A stretch of DNA of 11,810 nt, taken from assembly GCA_964389575.1 (NCBI GenBank), contig CAYMFF010000075.1:1-11810 (forward strand), in the 5' to 3' direction. The translations under genes and the position numbers were made by a program. Origin of the DNA: an uncultured Chitinophagaceae bacterium. GTDB lineage: Bacteria; Bacteroidota; Bacteroidia; Chitinophagales; Chitinophagaceae. The notes below the pieces were generated by a model. The model was not told where the DNA came from and did not search any database. It saw nothing but the letters and a program-made list of their open reading frames with translations. Positions within the stretch are counted from its first letter, which is position 1. Each line of letters begins with the position of its first letter. Shown in pieces: positions 1 to 6,797 of the stretch.

Positions 1-13
1 CTGTCCTCCCGAC

Positions 14-43
14 AAAAAAGGGTAGCAATTGCTACCCTTTTTT
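14..43. terminator. Candidate bidirectional rho-independent terminator. A perfect 18-bp palindrome GGGTAGCAATTGCTACCC (20-37) is flanked by an A6 run on the left and a T6 run on the right.
   Basis: Read directly from the sequence (acaaaaaaGGGTAGCAATTGCTACCCttttttaa). It lies about 90 nt downstream of the stop of the minus-strand RCC1 gene. A/T flanks on both sides make it symmetric for either strand. Confidence 0.6.
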
Positions 44-128
44 AATTTTAATACATGACTTTAAAGGAAATGAAGTGTCTAAAGCGTAATCTGTCCAACA
101 TAAAAAAGAAACAGTTCCTCTTTCTTTA

Positions 129-1550
129 TTATTGGATAATTACTTTCCGAGATATTGCTTGATCCTGATGTTTGATTCGCAATAAGTAAACTCCTTTAGG
201 CAAAGCGCTTCCATCAAATATTGCATTTCGCTCTTTTGTTTGTTGCATGATGATTGATTTGCCTTCAATACTGAATAACTCAAGATTTACAAAACCATTG
301 AAATCTGGCAGTTCAACATTGATAATACCTGATGTCGGATTCGGGTAAATCGTAATAGCAGATAAATCATATTTATCGTTTAATCCAACAGCCAAATTTC
401 CCGTTGAACAATCAAAGGTCAAATTATCCTGCATAGTACCATTACCCAATTGTCCACTAAAATTACTGCCTGCCGCACAGATTACGGTTCTACCGTTTTT
501 CATAGCCAATCCATGCAAACCAAATACTGAATTATTAGCGAACAAACCTTCCGCTCCCTGAACATCCTCCCAATCTGTATCCGTGCCTACTTGCGTGACA
601 GTACTCACATTGATGGTATTACCTTGTCCCAGCTGACCAGAATTATTAAACCCCCAGGAATATAATCCGCCATCATTTTTAATGGCGTAAGCAAAAGAGG
701 GTCCTGCTGCAATTTTTTTCCAGTTTTGTGTGGGTTCAATAGTTGTGGGACTGGTGACGGTTGTTCCTAAGCCATCATCACCCAACTGATCGTTTCCATT
801 AAAACCCCAGGCCCATAATCCGCCGCCTTGGCGCAAGGCCATACAAAATTGAAACCCTGCAGAAATGGCAATCCAATCTGTTTGACTTCCTACTTGTGTG
901 GGAGACATTTCTGAATTTGTATTACCCAATCCTAATTCGCCATTTGCATTGCTTCCCCAAGCCCAAAGCGTACTATCATTTTTTAAGGCCATTGTATGCC
1001 AACCTCCACTTGAAATTTCATTCCAATCTGTGTCCAGACCTATTTGAACCGGTGTACTAACATCCACCATCGTTCCATTTCCTACTTGACCACTTGAATT
1101 ATACCCCCAACCCCACAAGGTTCCGTTTGTTTTGATTGCAAAAGAATGCGCTTGGCCTGCGTCAACAGTTTTCCAATCTGTAGCATTACCCAATTGAATC
1201 GGCGCTGTGGCATCGTTTGTATTTCCATTGCCTAGTTGATTCACTCCATTTCCACCCCAAGACCATAATGTTCCATTACTTTTTACGGCTAATGAATGAA
1301 CCGCTCCGGCAGCAATATCAGTCCAATCATTATCTGTCCCAATCTGAGTTGGAATATTTTGGGTTGTTGTATTTCCAATACCCAATTGACCATTAGCATT
1401 ATAGCCCCAACTCCACAAAGTACCATCAGACTTTAGCGCTAAGTTGAACTCGGTTCCGCAATCAATCTTTGTCCATGTTTGAGAAAACGATGGCAGAGAA
1501 TGTAGAAGCATGGAAATTATAAGAATAAATAAGGCAATTACTTTTTTCAT
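129..1550 (-). CDS. Secreted RCC1-repeat (regulator of chromosome condensation-like) beta-propeller protein with a T9SS (Por) C-terminal sorting domain.
   Basis: The N-terminus MKKVIALFILIISMLLHSLPSFSQ is signal-peptide-like. About seven tandem ~50-aa repeats carry the RCC1 signature (…GTLWSWGYNANGQLGIGNT… / …WAWGSNANGELGLGNT… / …LYSWGFNNSGQLGQGNT…). The C-terminal ~75 aa (ITIYPNPTSGIINVELPD…GVYLLRIKHQDQAISRKVIIQ) fit the T9SS sorting domain pattern (YPNPT … K-hydrophobic tail). The DNA shows a ~150-bp periodicity, for example the recurring 'ccaatctgt' blocks near 571, 876, 1023, 1173 and 1323. Confidence 0.85.
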   Translation of the reverse strand: MKKVIALFILIISMLLHSLPSFSQTWTKIDCGTEFNLALKSDGTLWSWGYNANGQLGIGNTTTQNIPTQIGTDNDWTDIAAGAVHSLAVKSNGTLWSWGGNGVNQLGNGNTNDATAPIQLGNATDWKTVDAGQAHSFAIKTNGTLWGWGYNSSGQVGNGTMVDVSTPVQIGLDTDWNEISSGGWHTMALKNDSTLWAWGSNANGELGLGNTNSEMSPTQVGSQTDWIAISAGFQFCMALRQGGGLWAWGFNGNDQLGDDGLGTTVTSPTTIEPTQNWKKIAAGPSFAYAIKNDGGLYSWGFNNSGQLGQGNTINVSTVTQVGTDTDWEDVQGAEGLFANNSVFGLHGLAMKNGRTVICAAGSNFSGQLGNGTMQDNLTFDCSTGNLAVGLNDKYDLSAITIYPNPTSGIINVELPDFNGFVNLELFSIEGKSIIMQQTKERNAIFDGSALPKGVYLLRIKHQDQAISRKVIIQ

Positions 1551-1573
1551 GGTATATCTGTTTTGTTAGAATA

Positions 1574-1581
1574 CAAAGTAA
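1574..1581 (-). promoter_or_regulatory. Candidate Bacteroidetes-type -7 promoter element (TTACTTTG on the minus strand, near the TAnnTTTG consensus) upstream of the RCC1 gene.
   Basis: The plus strand reads caaagtaa at 1574-1581, which is TTACTTTG on the minus strand, about 24 nt upstream of the ATG at 1550. It matches the consensus only loosely. Confidence 0.2.
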
Positions 1582-1625
1582 AAACGAATACAAATTTTAA
1601 AATTGGAAAAAAAGGACACCGAATG

Positions 1626-2081
1626 TTAAAACCTAGCCCAGATGGTATCTTCTTCACCAATGTGCTCTAACATTTTGAATAATTTAGTAGGACTAAAGCC
1701 TGTAATTTTTCGAAAGTGGTTAATAAAATCTGCTTGGTCATAATAATTATGCTGGTAAGCATGCTCTGTAAATGTTTTAGAATGAGTTGATAATTTATAC
1801 GTATTCAGTGCTTTCCTGAATTGAACAGCGGATATATAATCCTTCGTGGAGCAATGTAAATTCTTTTTGAAATGACGAAGCAATGTTTTGTCACTCACTG
1901 ATAATTTTTTGGCTAAAGACGTTACTGGCAACTTATTATTTGCATCTAAAATAATCTGCACTGCTTTCTTTAATACTGAATTTGAAAACCCTATGAACAA
2001 CTTACTCATTGCACTATCCAAATATTTTACTTGAAGAGCAGAGTCTTTTGTTTCAAAAACTTTTTGCATAATCTCATTCAT
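1626..2081 (-). CDS. AraC-family transcriptional regulator, C-terminal HTH (AraC/XylS-type) part. Probably the downstream half of a frame-disrupted ~285-aa regulator.
   Basis: The segment LAKKLSVSDKTLLRHFKKNLHCSTKDYISAVQFRKALNTYKLSTHSKTFTEHAYQHNYYDQADFINHFRKITGFSPTKLF is the typical two-helix-turn-helix AraC DNA-binding domain. The ATG at 2081-2079 overlaps the stop TGA (2080-2078) of the upstream ORF, giving an ATGA overlap. Confidence 0.7.
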   Translation of the reverse strand: MNEIMQKVFETKDSALQVKYLDSAMSKLFIGFSNSVLKKAVQIILDANNKLPVTSLAKKLSVSDKTLLRHFKKNLHCSTKDYISAVQFRKALNTYKLSTHSKTFTEHAYQHNYYDQADFINHFRKITGFSPTKLFKMLEHIGEEDTIWARF

Positions 2082-2482
2082 TTTTCGCTTAAAAAATCGA
2101 ACTGAAATACATAATCCCTGGTAATATATTGGCTCAGGGGAAGCGGTAAATAATGATTAATCCCTAGAGGCTGAAACACAATTCCAATCCGATTAAAAGG
2201 GGTTTTAATTTGCGTATGCCAGCATTGTTGTTGCACACAGATATAATTATAATGTAATTCGTCTCGATCAATAGATTTTTCGGAAATACTTCCATTATTG
2301 GTCTTTTCTAGTCTAGACCCTTTGTAAATCGTCAGTGCATTTTTAAAATGCGGGTAAAATACGTACTCCTGTAAACCGTTGTCTTTCGGCGCTTCCTGAA
2401 AATAATAGTAAGCAATATAATTTTGCAAATGCTCATTGTTCAGTTTAGCCGTTCGAAATAGTATGTTAGAAGGTAGTGACAT
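2078..2482 (-). CDS. N-terminal (effector/dimerisation-like) part of the same AraC-family regulator. Either a frameshifted pseudogene fragment or a separately translated partner ORF.
   Basis: This 134-aa ORF has no HTH and ends in an ATGA overlap with the HTH-bearing ORF. The two lengths sum to 285 aa, the usual size of Bacteroidetes AraC regulators. The HTH ORF's reading frame stays open for about 25 codons upstream of its ATG, until the TAA at 2157-2159, and overlaps the end of this ORF. Confidence 0.55.
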   Translation of the reverse strand: MSLPSNILFRTAKLNNEHLQNYIAYYYFQEAPKDNGLQEYVFYPHFKNALTIYKGSRLEKTNNGSISEKSIDRDELHYNYICVQQQCWHTQIKTPFNRIGIVFQPLGINHYLPLPLSQYITRDYVFQFDFLSEK

Positions 2483-2524
2483 TTCTATTCTCAGACCAAA
2501 ATACGAAATTCACCAAAGAAAAAT

Positions 2525-3808
2525 CTATTGTTCACCTAAATCAATAGAAGCGATTGGTTCGATATCATTAAGTTCGTCATGCGAGTCTGTTAATTCTTGA
2601 GTTTCATCTATTTTCTCACGATAAAAAAGCATCCCAATCATCATAACAAAAACTGTAATAATGATTACTTGTATGATCAACGATTTATTGACTAACGAAA
2701 AAGACATACTAGTGGGTATGGCTAGAAATAATAAAATAGTAATCAGCCCACGCGGCGCAACAAAAAGCAACGGAAACACTGGTAATTTAATAAGCTTTAA
2801 TTGAATTATTCTTACAAGAAAAATCCCTATCACAATACCAATAGACCACTCAATGGTTTCGATATTAAGCAATTCTTCTAGATCGATTAAATAACCAAAA
2901 ACCACAAAGAATAAAGTACGCACTAAGAACGTACCTTCAGCCACTATATTCTTGAAGTCAACTACTTCTTCATGCATTTTTTCTGGGTGTAATAACTTGA
3001 CGAAAGTCTTTCGTTTTATCAAATCTAAGTTGCCGATAAAAATGCCAAAAATTAAAATGAAAATAAGGGCTGGCAAATGGTACACTTTGGCTAATTCATA
3101 AATTAAAATGACTAAAACAATTATCGGCACAAACTTAATGTGATGATCAATTTTAGAAAGTAAAAAAGATAACAGCAAACTAGCCACTAATGAAATTATA
3201 ATCATCAGCGCAGTTTGCGCAAAAAAAATCAAAAACGTTTCACCATTGAATACAGCATTGAGTGCAAAAAAATTGAATAATACGACACCTATAATATCAG
3301 ACAAGCTACTTTCAAAGGTTACAAAATCTCGAATTCTTTTTTTTAAGTGTGATACACTAGGAATAGCAATAGCACTGCTAATGATAGAAACAGGAATTGC
3401 GTTTACTATTGCTGTATGCCAGTCAATATCCTTAAAATAACAGAATGCCGTTGTAACCAGTAATGTCAAGATAAACATTGGCACAACAGCCACTATGAGC
3501 GATTTCTTGATAACGGGTAATTGTTTTTTATCTAAGTGAATTTCAAAAGACTCATCCAATACAATCAAGATAAGCCCAAATGTGCCAAGCACAGGTATCA
3601 TTTGGCTCAGGTCAATTTGTGGGACATTCATTTTTTTTGAGACTATCGAAATAAGCAATCCCAACAATATCAGTAGAATAACCGAAGGCACACGAGTAAA
3701 TTTTGCCGAAATATCAAAAAAATAACTCAATAAGAGTACCCCACAAATAAGAAAAATGAGCGAAGCCGTAAGCATAAACTTAAATGTACGGAATACAGCC
3801 CAATCCAA
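2525..3808 (-). CDS. Polytopic membrane protein, probably a cation:proton antiporter (Na+/H+ exchanger, CPA superfamily).
   Basis: The 427-aa protein is hydrophobic throughout with about 11-12 predicted TM segments. Its length and motifs (…VLDESFEI…, …FVAPRGLITILLF…) are reminiscent of NhaP/CPA-type exchangers. This is motif recognition only, not a database hit. Confidence 0.55.
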   Translation of the reverse strand: MDWAVFRTFKFMLTASLIFLICGVLLLSYFFDISAKFTRVPSVILLILLGLLISIVSKKMNVPQIDLSQMIPVLGTFGLILIVLDESFEIHLDKKQLPVIKKSLIVAVVPMFILTLLVTTAFCYFKDIDWHTAIVNAIPVSIISSAIAIPSVSHLKKRIRDFVTFESSLSDIIGVVLFNFFALNAVFNGETFLIFFAQTALMIIISLVASLLLSFLLSKIDHHIKFVPIIVLVILIYELAKVYHLPALIFILIFGIFIGNLDLIKRKTFVKLLHPEKMHEEVVDFKNIVAEGTFLVRTLFFVVFGYLIDLEELLNIETIEWSIGIVIGIFLVRIIQLKLIKLPVFPLLFVAPRGLITILLFLAIPTSMSFSLVNKSLIIQVIIITVFVMMIGMLFYREKIDETQELTDSHDELNDIEPIASIDLGEQ

Positions 3809-3843
3809 TGATTAATTTCTATTAGCTCTATTTATATGGAATA

Positions 3844-4626
3844 TTACGATTTATACGGCAAGCTATCCAAGACATAACGAATAGCCTCCAAGCGCGCAAA
3901 TGTTTTTTTATTGGCCTTAATAATTTTCCATGGCGCCTGCTCATTATCTGTATGCGAAAACATTCGGAGCTTATACTTCGTATATTCATCCCACAACTCT
4001 TGCGCTCGTTCATCTACAACAGACATCTTCCATTTTTTCAAAGGACTGGATTTAATATCCTCAAATCGCTTGGCTTGTTCTTCTTTATTTATCGAAAAAT
4101 AAATTTTGAGCAAATAAATATCTGATTCTAAAATCATCCGTTCAAATTCATTAATCTGTCCCATAAAAACCTCGTATTCTTCGGCGGTGCAAAAAGCATT
4201 TACTGGTTCCACAACAGCTCGATTATACCAGCTTCTATCAAAGAAAACCATTTCTCCTTCTCTAGGCAAACGATTTACATAACGCTGAAAATACCACTGT
4301 CCCCGCTCTTCATCTGTTGGTTTGGGCAGCGCTTCAATCCTAAAAAAACGAGGATTAATATGTGCTGTCATTCTGCGAATGGCGCCTCCTTTTCCAGCCG
4401 CATCGCGCCCTTCAAACAATACCACCACTTTCTTTTCTTGACGGATCACCCATTCTTGTAATTTTACAAATTCGGCCTGCAAAGATTTCAATTCATTATC
4501 GTAAGCACAACGGTTCAAGGTCCACTCAACATTTACATTGGGATATGCGAAGAGGTTTTTTAACCCAGCGGGCGAGTTTAAAATCTCTAAATCTTCTGGT
4601 CGCAATTCTATATCTTTCGTTCCCAT
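3844..4626 (-). CDS. ppk2: Polyphosphate kinase 2 (PPK2) family protein, single-domain, polyphosphate:nucleotide phosphotransferase; the downstream paralog.
   Basis: Walker A motif FEGRDAAGKGG. Walker B/lid region VFFDRSWYNRAVVEPV. Characteristic C-terminal block …QELWDEYTKYK…PWKIIKANKK…ARL. About 260 aa, which is typical for one-domain PPK2. Its ATG lies 3 nt after the stop of the upstream paralog. Confidence 0.9.
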   Translation of the reverse strand: MGTKDIELRPEDLEILNSPAGLKNLFAYPNVNVEWTLNRCAYDNELKSLQAEFVKLQEWVIRQEKKVVVLFEGRDAAGKGGAIRRMTAHINPRFFRIEALPKPTDEERGQWYFQRYVNRLPREGEMVFFDRSWYNRAVVEPVNAFCTAEEYEVFMGQINEFERMILESDIYLLKIYFSINKEEQAKRFEDIKSSPLKKWKMSVVDERAQELWDEYTKYKLRMFSHTDNEQAPWKIIKANKKTFARLEAIRYVLDSLPYKS

Positions 4627-4629
4627 AAT

Positions 4630-5475
4630 TTAAGTATCAATTTGTTCCACGAGTCTATGATATCGTAAAATAATATTCGGATCTGGCAATAGTTCAAGAG
4701 CCTCTTTTTTATCTTCCAAAAAATCGAATTGTGAGAGCACATGTCGTATAGCATGCAGACGTGCCAATTTTTTACTGTTTGTTTTTACAATAGTCCATGG
4801 ACAAAAGGTCGTGTGTGTTTTTGAAAACATTTGTTCTTTATAATAGGTATATTCATCCCAAAGCTCTTGTCCTTTTTCATCTACGGGGCTATACTTCCAA
4901 GACTTTAATGGATTATCGATTCTTGCTCTAAATCGTTTTTGTTGTTCTTCTTTGGATATAGAAAACCAAAATTTAAGTACAACAACTCCATCTTCATAAA
5001 GCATATTCTCAAAACTTGGCACTTGCGCCATAAATTGGCGATACTCTCCATCTGTACAAAAACCCATTACGGGTTCTACAACTGCCCGGTTATACCAGCT
5101 TCTATCAAAAAATACAATCTCACCCGGATTGGGCAATTCCTTGATATACCGTCGCATGAACCACTGGCCGCGTTCCACTTGGGTGGGTTTATTCAGTGCC
5201 ACTACTCGCATTGCCCGTGGGTTTAAGTGTTCAACAAAACGTTTAATACAACCACCTTTTCCAGCCGCATCACGCCCTTCAAAAATAACAGCAACCCGTT
5301 GCTGATGTTGTACAATCCATTGTTGTAGATTAACCAGTTGGGCTTGCAACATTCTCAATTCATCAGTGTAATCTATTATTCGTTCATATTTACCTACCGA
5401 CACACTCCGTTCCTTTGCCAAGGCAAATAATTCTTTCCTTTTAGAAATACTGTTAAAATCTTCTTTGGTAAACAT
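4630..5475 (-). CDS. ppk2: Polyphosphate kinase 2 (PPK2) family protein, single-domain; the upstream paralog.
   Basis: Walker A FEGRDAAGKGG, IVFFDRSWYNRAVVEPV, …QELWDEYTYYK…PWTIVKTNSKKLARL. The ORF track opens at a TTG at 5511, which would add a 12-aa extension MLYFIYIFTVRI. I chose the first in-frame ATG (5475-5473, MFTKEDF…) as the more likely start; 5511 remains possible. Confidence 0.88.
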   Translation of the reverse strand: MFTKEDFNSISKRKELFALAKERSVSVGKYERIIDYTDELRMLQAQLVNLQQWIVQHQQRVAVIFEGRDAAGKGGCIKRFVEHLNPRAMRVVALNKPTQVERGQWFMRRYIKELPNPGEIVFFDRSWYNRAVVEPVMGFCTDGEYRQFMAQVPSFENMLYEDGVVVLKFWFSISKEEQQKRFRARIDNPLKSWKYSPVDEKGQELWDEYTYYKEQMFSKTHTTFCPWTIVKTNSKKLARLHAIRHVLSQFDFLEDKKEALELLPDPNIILRYHRLVEQIDT

Positions 5476-5575
5476 GATTCGGACCGTAAATATATAAATA
5501 AAGTAAAGCATTTAACGTCCTCGAATCTATATTCTATCTTAAAATTAAAAGACATATTTTTTACTTTACTTTGCC

Positions 5576-5583
5576 ATCAAATA
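5576..5583 (+). promoter_or_regulatory. Candidate Bacteroidetes -7 box (TTACTTTG) immediately upstream of the L,D-transpeptidase gene, inside the divergent intergenic region between the PPK2 and ykuD-like genes.
   Basis: The plus strand reads ttactttg at 5576-5583, 10 nt before the ATG at 5594. This is the same octamer seen upstream of the RCC1 gene. It matches TAnnTTTG only loosely. Confidence 0.2.
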
Positions 5584-5593
5584 ATGCCTTTTT

Positions 5594-6436
5594 ATGTTTC
5601 GTAAATTATCCATATTACTTCTCTTGTCTATTGCACTATATTCATGTAAAGACGAGAATAAACCAGCTCTTAATTACGAAGAAATAAAACATGAGGTGAT
5701 GCATGATAGCTTGACAACCGTTGACTTGTCAGATACAACAGATCTTTTTGATAGTGATAAATTTGATCCGGAAAAAGATAGTGTAGCAGTATTATTAGAT
5801 TCATTAGAACACATCTATGAAAAAGACAGTGCTGTAATTAAAGAAAAAGGAATTAACGACACGATTAGTTTGGACCAATTCGTTTTTATGGATACCACAA
5901 TTTCAAACCCGAGAGATAGTTTCACAAACGACATTCGAAAAATCACAACAGATGAGATTAAAGCTTTACGTTATAATTTGAAACAACTTCATGATAAAGA
6001 TTCTATTCTTGCCATAACGCATGAGAAAAAAACAGGACAAATAGAGAGTAGAGTTTGGGCTCGCGTGAGCAAAAGTGACCAACGACTTTACCTTTATATA
6101 GATGGTGAAATAGCGGACACATTTAAAGTATCTACGGGCTCCACCCGGCATGAAACACCTGCCTTTGACATGCAACCGAGTGGTCCCATTTTTCAAAAAT
6201 ATACGAGTAAAAAATACCCGGGTGGGAACTATAATGGATTAGGCAATATGCCGTATGCCATTTTTATTAAAGGCGGTTATGCTTTGCATGGAACAACACG
6301 GGGTAATATTCCACGTTTAGGAAACAAAGCATCCCACGGTTGCGTTCGACTTCACCCAGACAATGCTAAAATATTGAATGAACTAGTGCGCAAAGCAGGA
6401 ATAGAAAACTTTTGGGTGACTATTGAAGAAGGCTAA
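5594..6436 (+). CDS. Lipoprotein L,D-transpeptidase (YkuD/ErfK-type catalytic domain) with a long acidic, low-complexity N-terminal linker.
   Basis: MFRKLSILLLLSIALYSCKD is a signal peptide plus lipobox Cys. The C-terminal catalytic block …YAIFIKGGYALHGTTRGNIPRLGNKASHGCVRLHPDNAKILNELV contains the invariant H…G(T)…SHGC(V/I)R motif of L,D-transpeptidases. Residues ~20-120 are D/E/S/T-rich. Confidence 0.85.
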   Translation: MFRKLSILLLLSIALYSCKDENKPALNYEEIKHEVMHDSLTTVDLSDTTDLFDSDKFDPEKDSVAVLLDSLEHIYEKDSAVIKEKGINDTISLDQFVFMDTTISNPRDSFTNDIRKITTDEIKALRYNLKQLHDKDSILAITHEKKTGQIESRVWARVSKSDQRLYLYIDGEIADTFKVSTGSTRHETPAFDMQPSGPIFQKYTSKKYPGGNYNGLGNMPYAIFIKGGYALHGTTRGNIPRLGNKASHGCVRLHPDNAKILNELVRKAGIENFWVTIEEG

Positions 6437-6437
6437 C

Positions 6438-6797
6438 CTATTTCAACTTCAGAATAAGACCGCCTACTAAACTAATGATGCCTGCCACAAAGGGCAACAG
6501 CATAATTTTAAAAATACGAGTAGGATTCGCTTGAAAAATTAAATACAAAATAAAAACACCCACAATAGTTAATACAATTCCAATGGCTATCATATTATTT
6601 GCATAATTACTTTCGAACGTTTTCATGTGGCCGTAAACTGAAAACACAATTTCTTCAGCCTGTTCTCGATTAAGACCTTCGTCTAATAAATCATCGACCA
6701 TCGCTTGCTCAGGGTATCCTTTTTCCATACCACGCATCACCTTTTTGTTTAAGCGGTTTCGCTCGTGGCTGTCAATCACTTTCGCCTCGGAGTTCAT
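6438..6797 (-). CDS. Small membrane protein of unknown function (119 aa), the last gene of the NfeD-flotillin operon.
   Basis: Its ATG (6797-6795) directly abuts the flotillin stop codon (6798-6800). It has a ~55-aa charged cytoplasmic-like N-terminus (…PEQAMVDDLLDEGLNREQAEEIVFSVYGHMKTF…) followed by two hydrophobic helices (IAIGIVLTIVGVFILYLIF and IMLLPFVAGIISLVGGLILKL). I recognise no domain. Confidence 0.6.
   Translation of the reverse strand: MNSEAKVIDSHERNRLNKKVMRGMEKGYPEQAMVDDLLDEGLNREQAEEIVFSVYGHMKTFESNYANNMIAIGIVLTIVGVFILYLIFQANPTRIFKIMLLPFVAGIISLVGGLILKLK

Noticed and set aside
400-1470. The ~150-bp periodic DNA repeat.
   Set aside because: It is explained by the ~50-codon RCC1 blades of a single ORF, not by a non-coding tandem repeat.
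2525-2547. A 6-bp inverted repeat CTATTG…CAATAG with an 11-bp spacer at the antiporter stop codon.
   Set aside because: It is too short and AT-rich to be significant, it is not followed by a U-tract, and it overlaps coding sequence.
3246-3440. A 64-aa plus-strand ORF inside the antiporter gene, and similar small antisense ORFs (3828-4013, 3911-4102, 4362-4628, 4939-5226, 5966-6196, 6745-6948, 8320-8529, 8584-8775, 9589-9870, 9994-10374, 10673-10909, 10864-11142).
   Set aside because: All are fully embedded in or antisense to well-supported longer CDSs with recognisable domains. None has its own motif or plausible start context. AT-rich sequence yields many chance ORFs.
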